From: an uncultured Bacilli bacterium
GTDB taxonomy: Bacteria; Bacillota_I; Bacilli_A; RF39; UBA660
Direction: 5' to 3'
Length of the DNA: 64,000 bases
Assembly: GCA_934090935.1 (NCBI GenBank)
Contig: CAKOKD010000003.1
Coordinates: 92,604 to 156,603 of the forward strand
Positions 8,869-18,997 of the stretch are shown piece after piece (position 1 is the stretch's first letter; the number at the start of each line of letters is the position of its first letter). The notes under the pieces are model-generated. The model was not told the DNA's origin and made no database searches. It worked only from the letters and a program-made list of their open reading frames with translations. The translations under genes were made by a program, and so were the position numbers.

Positions 8869-9768
8869 CTATTTTTCTTCAAGTGTGTCTAAAAATTCTT
8901 TAAAATATTCTGGTAATTCACATTCAAAATGCATATGTTCTTTTGTTATTGGATGATAAAAATCAATGCTAGATGAATGCAAAAATTGACCAAACTCCGT
9001 TGTTTTATCGTTTGTATAAACTGGATCATTATAAACTGGATAACCAATATATTCCATATGAACTCTTATTTGATGAGTACGTCCTGTATGCAATGATAAA
9101 CGAACTAAAGTATAACCTTTATATCTTTTTAAAACACGCATATCTGTTATTGCATCTTTAGAATTTTCAGCCGTAACTGTCATTTTTTTTCTGTTTAATT
9201 TATCTCGCCCAATTGGTGCATCAATTGTGGCTGTATCACTTAAAAATTCGCCTTTTAAAAGAGCAATATAATCTCTTTTTATCTCATGTCTAGAAAGAGC
9301 ATCAGCAAGAATTTCATGGGCTTTATTATTCTTAGCAACAACCATAAGTCCTGAAGTATCCTTATCTATTCGATGAACTATTCCTGGTCTTACTTCTCCA
9401 TTTACATTAGATAATGCATTTGTATGATATAAAAGAGCATTCACTAAAGTTCCATTATTGTTTCCATTTCCAGGATGAACTACCATTCCAGATTCTTTAT
9501 TTAAAACAATTATATCGTCATCCTCATAAACAATATTTAAAGGAATATTTTCTGGTTTTACATCAAGTGGTTCAATAAAACCATCTTTAATTTCAATCTT
9601 ATCTCCAGATTTTAATACATAGTTGTTTTTAGTTTTCTTACCATTAACTAAAACATATTCATTTTCAATCATTTTAGCTATTAAACTTCTTGAATATTCT
9701 GTATTAGCTGCTAAATATTTATCTATTCTTAAACTTCCTTCTTCTACTAAAAGTTCCATTTTTAACAT
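8869..9768 (-). CDS. rluD: 23S rRNA pseudouridine synthase, RluA/RluD family (S4 domain + catalytic HRIDKDTSG)
   Basis: S4-like N-terminus (IDKYLA...SRSLIAKMI). Catalytic motif HRIDKDTSGLMVVAKN. Confidence 0.85.
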   Translation of the reverse strand: MLKMELLVEEGSLRIDKYLAANTEYSRSLIAKMIENEYVLVNGKKTKNNYVLKSGDKIEIKDGFIEPLDVKPENIPLNIVYEDDDIIVLNKESGMVVHPGNGNNNGTLVNALLYHTNALSNVNGEVRPGIVHRIDKDTSGLMVVAKNNKAHEILADALSRHEIKRDYIALLKGEFLSDTATIDAPIGRDKLNRKKMTVTAENSKDAITDMRVLKRYKGYTLVRLSLHTGRTHQIRVHMEYIGYPVYNDPVYTNDKTTEFGQFLHSSSIDFYHPITKEHMHFECELPEYFKEFLDTLEEK

Positions 9769-10201
9769 CTCCTTTAACGGTTGCTATAACAAGTAATATA
9801 ACTCCAATTACTATTGACATATCTGCTATATTAAATATTGGAAAATGATAACCAAATATATTTATACCTATAAAATCTCTTACATAACCATAAAATATTC
9901 TATCAATTAAGTTACCAAGTATTCCACCAAATAAAAGACCAAATGATGTATCATTATACTTATTTGATGGATAAGAAAACATTAAGCTATAAACAATAAC
10001 TAACATAACTATTGAGATAGCAATCAATAAAGTTACTTTTCCCTCTAAAATAGACCATGATGCACCTGTATTTTTACTATATGTGAAATAAAGTACATTA
10101 CTTATGATATTAACACTTGTATTAGCCATTTGAACCACTAACTTAGTGATTTGATCAAGCAACAATACTATAATTGATATAATAACTATTCTTTTATTCA
10201 T
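9719..10201 (-). CDS. lspA: lipoprotein signal peptidase (signal peptidase II)
   Basis: NTGASWSIL and FNIADMSI motifs. 4 TM helices. 160 aa. Confidence 0.85.
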   Translation of the reverse strand: MNKRIVIISIIVLLLDQITKLVVQMANTSVNIISNVLYFTYSKNTGASWSILEGKVTLLIAISIVMLVIVYSLMFSYPSNKYNDTSFGLLFGGILGNLIDRIFYGYVRDFIGINIFGYHFPIFNIADMSIVIGVILLVIATVKGDVKNGTFSRRRKFKNR

Positions 10202-10234
10202 ATATCAACACCCATAAAGATTATAACTTATAAA

Positions 10235-10459
10235 TCATAAATCTACAAGTATTACATCCTCTCCTATTTTAACAACTTGATTCAATTTTATACTTGTTTC
10301 ATTATTATATATATTAAGTTTTTTTAATATTTTTTTTGGTTCAACTACAAAAAAGTTAATCATACCACTTTCTAGGATGTCCACATCTATAATTCTCCCG
10401 ATATTTCTTCCATCATTTTTATTAACAACATCTTTTGTTTGTAAATCACTTATACGCAT
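10235..10459 (-). CDS. YlmC/YmxH-family PRC-barrel protein
   Basis: MRISDLQTKDVVNKNDGRNIGRIIDVDILE... resembles the YlmC/YmxH consensus (RxSELxxKEVINxxDGxRLG). Confidence 0.55.
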   Translation of the reverse strand: MRISDLQTKDVVNKNDGRNIGRIIDVDILESGMINFFVVEPKKILKKLNIYNNETSIKLNQVVKIGEDVILVDL

Positions 10460-10503
10460 ATAAACACCCATTAAATTATACGGGAAAAATTATTTTTTTA
10501 TAC

Positions 10504-10923
10504 TTAAAACTTCCAAGTAGATTGATCACTTAATTTGAAATGGTCATTTACTTCAAAATTAATATTAAATCGTTTTATAAATTCATCGATTTCTTCCCTG
10601 CTTATAAAACAGTTATCATGGCTTGTAACTTCTTCAATTGCTGAAAGTATTGGAACACATTGATAAATGTATAAAATAATGTTCATGAATTCAATATTTT
10701 CATTAAACTTAATTTCATGGTAATTTTTTTCTACCAAAGTCAAAAGTTCACTTAAATCTCCACCATCAAAATAATCATTTTCAAAATTTTTTAAACTCAA
10801 CTTAGGTATATCTTTTATATTAGAATTTTTGTATTCAATGTCAAAATAAATTATGTATGTATTATTATTAATTGTAATTTTTCTTTTTACTTGCATAGTA
10901 TTCTCCTTTATCAATTCATACAA
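10504..10923 (-). CDS. hypothetical protein
   Basis: 139-aa ORF, no motif. Confidence 0.4.
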   Translation of the reverse strand: MYELIKENTMQVKRKITINNNTYIIYFDIEYKNSNIKDIPKLSLKNFENDYFDGGDLSELLTLVEKNYHEIKFNENIEFMNIILYIYQCVPILSAIEEVTSHDNCFISREEIDEFIKRFNINFEVNDHFKLSDQSTWKF

Positions 10924-10982
10924 GATTATACCACTAAGGACTAAATAAAAATACCTAGAATAAATATTCTAAGTATTAATTA

Positions 10983-13391
10983 TTATTTTACAACTATATT
11001 AACAATTCTACCCTTTATTACAATAACTTTAACTATTTCTTTTCCTTCAATATGCTTTTTAACGTTTTCTTCATTTAAGGCTTTTTCTTTTATTTCATCT
11101 TCAGTTTCATCAGCTGAAACAGTAATTGTTCCTCTTACTTTACCATTAACTTGAACACCTATAGTTGTTTCATTTTCAACAAGTTTAGATTTATCAGCTA
11201 CTGGCCAAGAAGATTTACAAATTGTATCTCCTAAAGCATAATATTCATTCAATTCCTCCGTAATATGTGGAGCAATTGGATTTAAAAGAGTTAACAATAA
11301 TCTATATTCGTCTTTAGTAATTGATTCATAAGAATCAAGTTCATTAAGCAAAATCATTAAAGCGGATACTGCTGTATTATATTTCAAAGTTACTAAATCA
11401 TTTGAAACCTTATCAATGGTTTTATTTATCAACACTTCATTTGAATAACCAGTCTTATCGTTAAGTTTTTCTCCTAATTTAATAACACGATCAATGAAAC
11501 GTTTACATCCTTTTAATGAATCAGTATTCCATGGAGCATCCATTTGATAATCTCCCATAAACATTTCATATGTTCTTAAAGTATCAGCACCATATTCATT
11601 TACTATGTCATCTGGATTGATAACATTACCTTTACTCTTGCTCATCTTTTGATTATCTGAACCTAAAATCATACCATGACTTACACGTACATCAATCATC
11701 TCTTTATTAGGAACATACCCGAAATTATAAAGCATTTGAACCCAGAATCTTGCATAAAGTAAATGTCTAGCTGTATGTTCCATACCACCATTGTACCAAT
11801 TTACTTTACCCCAATATTTCATTGCATCCATCGAAGCAAATTCATGAGTGTTATGGGCATCCATAAATCTTAAGAAATACCAACTAGATCCTGCCCATTG
11901 AGGCATTGTATCTGTTTCTCTTGTGGCATCCCCACCACATTTTGGACATTTTGTATTTACCCAAGTTGTGATTTTTGCTAAAGGGGACTCTCCATCATCT
12001 GTTGGTTCATATTCAGCTACATCAGGAAGCACTAGAGGTAGGTCGCTTTCATTCATTGGAACCCATCCACATTTTGGACAATTAATCATTGGAATTGGTT
12101 CACCCCAGAATCTTTGTCTTGAGAAAATCCAATCACGCATTTTATAATTATTTACACGTCTTGCAATTCCTTCATTCTCTAGTTTCTTAGTTATTGCTTC
12201 TTTTGCATCCTCTACAGTTAAACCAGTGAATTCTTCAGAGTTGATAAGTTTACAACGCTTACCTAAATAATCTTGTTTTTCAAAAGCATGCTCACTTACG
12301 TCAGCTCCATCTATAACTTGAATCATCTCAAGATCATGAGCAACAGCATATTCAAAATCTCTTTGATCATGACTAGGAACTGCCATAACAGCACCTGTTC
12401 CATAAGAACCTAAAACAAAGTCTCCTAAGAATACTGGAACTTCACGGCCATTTACTGGATTAATTGCTTTAATTCCTTTTAAGATACAACCCGTTTTTCC
12501 CTTATTAAGTTCTGTTCTATCCATTGCACTTTTCTTAGCTGTTTCATTGATATAAGCTAAAGCTTCATCCTTATTTTCAACTCTTGGAAGAAGTTCTTTT
12601 ATAAGTTTACCATCTGGTGCAATTACAAAGAAAGTAATACCATAAACTGTTTCAATACAAGTTGTAAATATTGAGAATTTACCGCCACCGACAATATTAA
12701 TATCCATTTCAACACCAGTTGATTTACCTATCCAATTTATTTGACCTAATTTTACTTTTTCAGCAAAGTGAGTATCCTCAAGTCCAGTAAGCAAATCTTC
12801 AGCATAATCACTCATTCTAAGCATCCATTGACTTTTTTCTTTTTGAACAACATTTGTTCCACATCTTTCACAAACTCCACCAGCAGCATCCTCATTTGAT
12901 AAAACACTTTTACATTTTGGACACCAGTTAACAGGAACTGTATCTTTATAAGCCATACCATGTTTATAGAATTGTAAGAATTGCCATTGAGTCCACTTAT
13001 AATATTCAGGATCAGTTGTTGAAAATTCTCTACTCCAATCAAAAGACATTCCTAAACTCTTCATTTGTTCTCTAAAGTGATCTATATTTATTTTTGTTGC
13101 TTCTTTAGGATGAACATGATTCTTTATAGCATATTCTTCAGCAGGTGCTCCAAAAGCATCAAATCCCATTGGATATAAAACATTATAACCTTGCATTCTT
13201 TTCATTCTAGCCATCGCATCTTGAGCAGTATAACTTCTTACATGCCCAACATGAAGACCAGCACCACTTGGATAAGGAAACTCAACCAATATATAATAAG
13301 GGTTTGCTCCTTCATTTTTTACTTCAAAAGTATGATTTTCATCCCAATACTTTTGCCATTTTTTTTCAATATTTTTAAAATTATATTCCAT
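10983..13391 (-). CDS. leuS: leucyl-tRNA synthetase
   Basis: HVGH-type motif PYPSGAGLHVGH, KMSKS motif KMSKSKGN, editing CP1 domain. About 800 aa. Start trimmed to MEYNFKNIEKKWQ. Confidence 0.95.
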   Translation of the reverse strand: MEYNFKNIEKKWQKYWDENHTFEVKNEGANPYYILVEFPYPSGAGLHVGHVRSYTAQDAMARMKRMQGYNVLYPMGFDAFGAPAEEYAIKNHVHPKEATKINIDHFREQMKSLGMSFDWSREFSTTDPEYYKWTQWQFLQFYKHGMAYKDTVPVNWCPKCKSVLSNEDAAGGVCERCGTNVVQKEKSQWMLRMSDYAEDLLTGLEDTHFAEKVKLGQINWIGKSTGVEMDINIVGGGKFSIFTTCIETVYGITFFVIAPDGKLIKELLPRVENKDEALAYINETAKKSAMDRTELNKGKTGCILKGIKAINPVNGREVPVFLGDFVLGSYGTGAVMAVPSHDQRDFEYAVAHDLEMIQVIDGADVSEHAFEKQDYLGKRCKLINSEEFTGLTVEDAKEAITKKLENEGIARRVNNYKMRDWIFSRQRFWGEPIPMINCPKCGWVPMNESDLPLVLPDVAEYEPTDDGESPLAKITTWVNTKCPKCGGDATRETDTMPQWAGSSWYFLRFMDAHNTHEFASMDAMKYWGKVNWYNGGMEHTARHLLYARFWVQMLYNFGYVPNKEMIDVRVSHGMILGSDNQKMSKSKGNVINPDDIVNEYGADTLRTYEMFMGDYQMDAPWNTDSLKGCKRFIDRVIKLGEKLNDKTGYSNEVLINKTIDKVSNDLVTLKYNTAVSALMILLNELDSYESITKDEYRLLLTLLNPIAPHITEELNEYYALGDTICKSSWPVADKSKLVENETTIGVQVNGKVRGTITVSADETEDEIKEKALNEENVKKHIEGKEIVKVIVIKGRIVNIVVK

Positions 13392-13393
13392 AA

Positions 13394-13732
13394 TTACCAA
13401 CCTTTCTTCTTTAAGATATAACCTATCAAATTATAACTAACAAGTATTAATATAATAAATAAACAAATAGAAATAACTGCTAAAACTAAATAGTTTATAT
13501 TTAATCTTATAATAAGTTCAAGTGCGATACTTATTATAAGTGTATTATCAACTATCAATATCTTTGACAGTAAGTTTATTCTTTTATCATTCAGTTTTAA
13601 CTTATATTTCTTCTGAATATATAATAATGCTTTATTGCTTATAAGAGCATCATTTTTCTTCATATGAACATAGTTTATAAGATAATTAATTATAAATATA
13701 ATAAATGCGATTATTACAAATTCTAAAATCAT
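13394..13732 (-). CDS. small hydrophobic membrane protein between the T-box leader and leuS (start at internal Met with GGAGG RBS)
   Basis: GGAGGUAAU-AUG lies directly after the T-box terminator U-run. Product MILEFVIIAFIIFIINYLINY... (112 aa). Confidence 0.4.
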   Translation of the reverse strand: MILEFVIIAFIIFIINYLINYVHMKKNDALISNKALLYIQKKYKLKLNDKRINLLSKILIVDNTLIISIALELIIRLNINYLVLAVISICLFIILILVSYNLIGYILKKKGW

Positions 13733-13741
13733 ATTACCTCC

Positions 13742-14077
13742 AAAAAAAAGATGATACCAAAAGGACGAAATGACTCGTGGTACCACCTTAAATTTATTCT
13801 TATAAGACTTTAAAGGGTCAAACCTAACACATCCAAAAACAAGTTCATAAATATCTTATTGTTTATTTTCACCAACCATAAACTCTCTTCAAATAAGTTT
13901 ATTTATTACTACTTTTTCTTCATCTGCTTAAATGTATTATACAAAAAAGATGATTAATTGTAAATATTTTTTTATCTAATCAATTCTAAAGGTTAAAGAT
14001 ACCGAGAATAATTCCATAACTATATGAACCACCTATGCATTCATTAGACTTAAAATAGAGTCTAAAAGTTTAATACA
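13742..14077 (-). promoter_or_regulatory. T-box riboswitch leader (Leu-type by context) preceding the small ORF and leuS
   Basis: Minus-strand AAUUUAAGGUGGUACCACGAG (13777..13797 region) matches the T-box consensus AAnnnGGGUGGnACCGCG. A terminator hairpin plus UUUUUUUU follows (13744..13790). An AGAGA-containing Stem-I-like region lies upstream. Located 5' of an aminoacyl-tRNA synthetase gene. Confidence 0.5.
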
Positions 14078-14106
14078 ACAAAAAATAGGCAACTTAATTG
14101 CCTATT
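14078..14106 (-). terminator. rho-independent terminator of surface protein gene 14110..16269
   Basis: Minus-strand AATAGGCAATT-aag-TTGCCTATT plus UUUUUUG. Confidence 0.5.
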
Positions 14107-14109
14107 TCT

Positions 14110-16269
14110 TTAATCAAATATGCTTTTACACTTAGTTACTTCGCCATCTAAATGCCATCCGTCATTAGTGTTATATTTTAATACATACCATTCAAATTGA
14201 CAGTCTTTCTTTAAAAAGTTTTTCTTTTCATACTTTTTAATAGCTTGTTCTTCTATTGATTTTAGCTCTATCTTTGATTCAGCAGTCATATAATTATATA
14301 TTTCATCTTGATTTAATGATAAAACGGCTTCATGTTTTTTATTTTTCTTAGCCTCTGCTATTATATTGCTGATTCTGTTTGACGATAAAACAAATTTAAT
14401 TTTTTTATTCTTTCCTAATTCTTCATACCAAATAGGATTTCTACCTGCTCCATTGCTTGGTCTGTTAAGTACTTTTAATCTATATAGTCTTGTTGTTGCA
14501 ATTCCAAGTTTTTCATATACAGCTTCAATATTTGTATTCTCTTTTATATTTTTTAAAGATTTATTCCATTTTTTAAACTCTAAATAATAAGGATTTTCTC
14601 CATCAACATATACTAAAGAATCATATTTAGGTTCTTCTACAGCTTCATCATATTTAACTTTCTTTTGAGTTTCTACTAAAGCATTATTTTGATAATATTT
14701 AAATGTAACAATAAACTCTTTTTTGCTTGTAGTTGCATAATATGATGTATCCTTAGAAGGCATTGTTTCATCAACCTTCCAAGAACTAAATGTATATCCT
14801 TCTTTTACTTTATAATCAGGTAGTTTTATTTTCTCTCCATATTTATAATTTTCTTCTTTATATAAATCATTATCTATAAAGAATTTTGCTTTATAAGTTT
14901 CTAAATCATAAGTGATAGTTAGTACTAAACTTCCATCTGCTTTAATAATACCAGTTAGAATAGATTTTTCTTTGTTGATTTTATAACCAGACTTTTTATC
15001 ATTTAAAGTTATTTTTTCATTTGTTTTGCCAGTTTTAACTTTCTCATTTTCTTTATAAGTACCATCTAGATTTTCTAATCTTTCAATTATTTTATACTTA
15101 GTGTTTTCACTTTCTTTGAAAAGTGCTTTTAAAGATAAATCGCCTGTTGTTCCTCGTTTTATCTCATCCACTTTTTTTCCGGATTCATCCTCCCATGAAA
15201 CAAATACATATCCTTGTTTTTCTATTTTGTTTAATTTAAATGTCTTTGTTTCTATAGTATATGAAGTTTTATTATCAGTTTTACTTCCACCATTTAAATC
15301 ATATTCAATCTTATAAGTAATTAGATTATATTCAGCTTTGATAACTAAATCACTTTTAATATTTTTTTCACTTTTATTCCATGATTTAAAAGTATAACCT
15401 GTTCTTTCTTTTACTTCAGGAATTGTTGCATCATTTCCATATTTAACAGTTTGTTCACTTATAATAGTATCATTATAATCAACAAATTTAACTTTAAAAG
15501 TCATATTATTTATCTTTTCGATAATCTCTTCTATTTTCTTAGTTTCTTTATCGATTTCTTCTTGAGTTGACTTTTCATTATCAATAATTTTTTCAGCTGA
15601 TTTTATCTCTTTTTCTAAATCAGCAAGTATTTTTTTTGCCTTTGAATCATCAGTTGAATAAAGATATTCTTTTGATCTTTTAATAGCGTTTTTTAATTCT
15701 GTATCATCAACGACTGTAATAGTTCTTGTAACTGTTAATGCTGCGTTTTTACTTGAATCTGTTACATCATAAGTTACTTTATAAACTCCTTTTTTAGAAG
15801 TATCAACCATATTTTTAGTAACAATCTTTTTTGTTAAATCACCATCATAGTTGTCACGTGCTTTAGCTTTTAAATCATTGTAAACTGTATTAATTCTAAT
15901 TATTTCATCACTTCCATTTAAAGTGATAACTGGTGCAGTTGTATCAACAACAAGGAATTCTTTTTTTATTTCATTTGATAATCCAGCTTCATCAGTAGCA
16001 ATAAATGTTACTTCATATTTTCCTACCTTTTTATTGTTGATATTGTTTTCGATTTTTAAAGTAACATTATCTGCAACTTTTCCGTTAAATTTTGGAATGT
16101 TATCAAATACTTCTATTTTAAATTTATTACCTGTTATATCTATATCAGGTTTTGTAGAAGTTGATATTAAAGTTTCACTTCCATTTTCTTCACTTGGATT
16201 AGCAAATGAGAATGCAAAGAATCCAAAGAAAACAAATATTATAAGTGCAAGTAATTTCTTCTTATCCAT
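14110..16269 (-). CDS. secreted surface protein with Ig-like (DUF5011-type) domain and Listeria-Bacteroides (flg_new) repeats
   Basis: Signal peptide present. DTTAPVITLNGSDEI...YDGDLT is Ig-like. Repeated modules have the pattern YxVxFxxNGG...GYTFxxW (e.g. VKFVDYNDTIISEQTVKYGNDATIPE...GYTFKSWN). Confidence 0.7.
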   Translation of the reverse strand: MDKKKLLALIIFVFFGFFAFSFANPSEENGSETLISTSTKPDIDITGNKFKIEVFDNIPKFNGKVADNVTLKIENNINNKKVGKYEVTFIATDEAGLSNEIKKEFLVVDTTAPVITLNGSDEIIRINTVYNDLKAKARDNYDGDLTKKIVTKNMVDTSKKGVYKVTYDVTDSSKNAALTVTRTITVVDDTELKNAIKRSKEYLYSTDDSKAKKILADLEKEIKSAEKIIDNEKSTQEEIDKETKKIEEIIEKINNMTFKVKFVDYNDTIISEQTVKYGNDATIPEVKERTGYTFKSWNKSEKNIKSDLVIKAEYNLITYKIEYDLNGGSKTDNKTSYTIETKTFKLNKIEKQGYVFVSWEDESGKKVDEIKRGTTGDLSLKALFKESENTKYKIIERLENLDGTYKENEKVKTGKTNEKITLNDKKSGYKINKEKSILTGIIKADGSLVLTITYDLETYKAKFFIDNDLYKEENYKYGEKIKLPDYKVKEGYTFSSWKVDETMPSKDTSYYATTSKKEFIVTFKYYQNNALVETQKKVKYDEAVEEPKYDSLVYVDGENPYYLEFKKWNKSLKNIKENTNIEAVYEKLGIATTRLYRLKVLNRPSNGAGRNPIWYEELGKNKKIKFVLSSNRISNIIAEAKKNKKHEAVLSLNQDEIYNYMTAESKIELKSIEEQAIKKYEKKNFLKKDCQFEWYVLKYNTNDGWHLDGEVTKCKSIFD

Positions 16270-16570
16270 ATTTTACCTCCTGTTTTTCCATTCCTATAAA
16301 AAATGGTGAAAATTGACTTTTAATTTTAATTGAATCACGATGATATGTATATACTTTGTATCCAAGTCCAACACATTCGTCAACTGTTCCATCATCAAAT
16401 TTATGTTCAATACGCTTTACACAGAATATTGGTTTTTCTGAATTTCTTGTCTTTACAAAATCTGTTATCCAAGTTGCAAATAAAACAACTATTATTACCC
16501 AGAACAATACATTTCCAATTATTTTTAATAATCCACCTCTTTTTTTCTTCACGCTTTTTTCTTCTTCCAT
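16262..16570 (-). CDS. small membrane protein, translationally coupled to the surface protein gene
   Basis: RBS GUAAGGAGG. TM segment NVLFWVIIVVLFATWI. 102 aa. Confidence 0.45.
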   Translation of the reverse strand: MEEEKSVKKKRGGLLKIIGNVLFWVIIVVLFATWITDFVKTRNSEKPIFCVKRIEHKFDDGTVDECVGLGYKVYTYHRDSIKIKSQFSPFFIGMEKQEVKYG

Positions 16571-16602
16571 AAAATATCCTCCTTACAAAAAAAAGCATTC
16601 AT
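16571..16602 (-). terminator. rho-independent terminator after sipS
   Basis: Minus-strand GCATTTATA-cgcgag-TATGAATGC plus UUUUUUUU. Confidence 0.5.
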
Positions 16603-16722
16603 ACTCGCGTATAAATGCAACTGACTACCTTTATTTCATATGAAATAATAAGGCTCTTGAGCTTTGCGTCACTACATTTCTATAGTTTTGCCCTAATCTA
16701 CTTTAATAAAATATAACATAAT

Positions 16723-17265
16723 TTAGTTTATTAGTAAATTAAAATTTTTAAATATTTGAAATTTGTTTATTGGGAATATACGTAGATTAACCTTACCTAT
16801 AATGTTTTCTTTTTTTACTAGACCAAATTCACGGCTATCGCTTGAGTTTGTACGATTATCACCTAAAACAAAATACATGTTATCAGGTATTTTATCGTAT
16901 CCAATGTCCTCTAGTTTAAAGTTTTTTGTTGACTCTTTTATGTTTTTTTCTTTATACATCTGTCCATCTATATATAATATATTATCTTTATACTCAATAT
17001 GTTCTCCTGGTAAGCCAATTATTCTTTTTACCATTACTTTATCGTTTTGTTTAATGGATACAATTTCATTTCTTTTAATTTTTCTTAAATGATATATAAG
17101 TTTATTGACTACTGTGACATCACCACTTTTTAAAGTAGTATTCATAGAAGGACCGATAACCTCTTGAAATGATACGACATATATTGCAATAAATAAAATG
17201 ATAGCGATCGCGGCCAAATATTTAAATGCATCACGAAAAAATTCTTTTATATCTCTTAGATCCAT
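16723..17265 (-). CDS. signal peptidase I (LepB/SipS type, Ser/Lys dyad)
   Basis: N-terminal TM. Box B GPSM, box D GDNRTNSSDSR, KRIIGLPGE. 180 aa. Confidence 0.85.
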   Translation of the reverse strand: MDLRDIKEFFRDAFKYLAAIAIILFIAIYVVSFQEVIGPSMNTTLKSGDVTVVNKLIYHLRKIKRNEIVSIKQNDKVMVKRIIGLPGEHIEYKDNILYIDGQMYKEKNIKESTKNFKLEDIGYDKIPDNMYFVLGDNRTNSSDSREFGLVKKENIIGKVNLRIFPINKFQIFKNFNLLIN

Positions 17266-17361
17266 AATTATACCTCTACCATGATTATATCATATCGGTA
17301 TAATAATTTATATTTTAAATTACTTATTTTTATGATAAAATTATTTTTAAGAGGGATATTT

Positions 17362-17751
17362 ATGGCTTATGTAAAATATAAAGAACTTACAAAATATTTT
17401 AATTTTAATAAAGAAATACCTATTGATGATTTACCTAAATATGTTTTAGATTATGTATCGGATACAGAAAATATTTTTAAAGCTTATAAAACTATTAGAG
17501 ATAAAGCGGTTTTTACTGATAAAAGAATGATTTTATTTGATGTATCAGTTTTAGGAACAGAAAAAAAGATTCATATCATTCCATATAAATCTATTTCAAC
17601 TGCTGCTATTCATTTTAAGCCAACTAAATCAAGTATTTTTATTTCATTTGATAGTGGCTATCAAATGAGATTAGACTTTGTTAATCAAAATGCAGAAAGT
17701 AAAACTGAACTTAGAAAACTATATTGTAAAATAATGGATAGTATTTTATAA
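17362..17751 (+). CDS. bacterial PH-domain protein (YokE-like)
   Basis: AGAGGGA RBS. MAYVKYKELTKYFNF...TDKRMILFD...IPYKSISTAAIH... This is the only clear plus-strand gene in the first 39 kb. Confidence 0.55.
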   Translation: MAYVKYKELTKYFNFNKEIPIDDLPKYVLDYVSDTENIFKAYKTIRDKAVFTDKRMILFDVSVLGTEKKIHIIPYKSISTAAIHFKPTKSSIFISFDSGYQMRLDFVNQNAESKTELRKLYCKIMDSIL

Positions 17752-17791
17752 CATATTAAAACGTTTAAGAACTAACTTAAACGTTTTTATT

Positions 17792-18970
17792 TTATACTAT
17801 TCTAAATGCTGGGGAAACACCTTTAGAGACGTTCGCATCGAAAGCGGAGTTGACGCCGCTGCTACTGACGCAAAGAAACCAGTAATTAACGCCAGAATAA
17901 GCCGAACGTAACCACCAATAGTCATTTCTTCCTTTATATTGTTTTATTGCTCCTGCATATTTATCAGCTGTTATTCCTTGATTTTTGTAATAATCTAATT
18001 GTCTTGACGTTCCTACTGATGTATCATGATCATCACCATTCCATACCTCTTGTGCATTTAATAAATATAATTTATCTTGTGTTTCAAAATTTGTTTCTCC
18101 AGAATTTTTTCCATGGCTTGATATTATTTTTGTTGAAGTTATTACACTTTGTAAGTCACTTGGAAGTGCATTATATATTGTTCCATTTATATATGTACGT
18201 AACTCTGAATTTTTCCATCCACCAACATTTGTTCTTGTACTGTTAAATGCTCGCATTGTTATTATATCTGCAAACTCAACTACAAATCCACATGCTGTTT
18301 CACTTGTTTCAGTTGTACATGCACTCATGTTTGCTATACGCACTGTATGTGTCCCTAGATTACCTAATTCTACTTCTTTAGTGTCTCCTACATTATATTT
18401 GCTTGTATTTCCATTCTTTACGTTTGATGCTATTGCTGACCAACTATCCTTTTGGAATTGAGTTAATTCTACACCAACTGTGTCCCTTTCTACTGCATTG
18501 AATTCTAACTTACATGTATATTCTTCACTTACTTCTTCTGTTGATGTTCTATCAAGTGTTACTGTTAATGTTCCGTTTAATGAAGTCTTTGCTTTTACAA
18601 CTGTGGCATTATTTTCAAGTTCATTCTTGATACTTGTATATTTTGCTTTTGTTCCGTCCTTTGGTACACATGTTACTTTAACCTCTGCATCATAGTTTGC
18701 TGAGTTATTTGTTACTTCGTAATTTAATATACTTGTTTGATTTAATGATTTTAATTCTGATGTTCCAAATGTTATTATCTTCTTTGTATCATCTACTACA
18801 GAACTATATACATCCTTTCCATCTATACTTGCAGCTGTGAAGATAACTGAGAAGTCATCTTGATCTTCGCTTACTTTAGCATTTCCGTTTATTATTAATG
18901 TTGTTGAGATCGCTGCAAATCCAATTGACATTAGTAATATTGCTACTATAAGCACACTCTTCTTTTTCAT
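17792..18970 (-). CDS. variable secreted protein paralog (N-module + SPAFRI-type C-domain)
   Basis: MKKKSVLIVAILLMSIGFAAISTTLIINGNAKV... C-terminus ends ...WWLRSAYS...GVSPAFRIV. Confidence 0.8.
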   Translation of the reverse strand: MKKKSVLIVAILLMSIGFAAISTTLIINGNAKVSEDQDDFSVIFTAASIDGKDVYSSVVDDTKKIITFGTSELKSLNQTSILNYEVTNNSANYDAEVKVTCVPKDGTKAKYTSIKNELENNATVVKAKTSLNGTLTVTLDRTSTEEVSEEYTCKLEFNAVERDTVGVELTQFQKDSWSAIASNVKNGNTSKYNVGDTKEVELGNLGTHTVRIANMSACTTETSETACGFVVEFADIITMRAFNSTRTNVGGWKNSELRTYINGTIYNALPSDLQSVITSTKIISSHGKNSGETNFETQDKLYLLNAQEVWNGDDHDTSVGTSRQLDYYKNQGITADKYAGAIKQYKGRNDYWWLRSAYSGVNYWFLCVSSSGVNSAFDANVSKGVSPAFRIV

Positions 18971-18997
18971 ATTCTACCTACTTTCCTTTACTTTTTT

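Noticed and set aside
13394-13786. Full-length six-frame ORF starting MVPRVISSFWYHLFFGGN...
   Set aside because: Its first 18 codons run across the T-box terminator hairpin and U-tract. The real start is the internal ATG at 13732, preceded by GGAGG.
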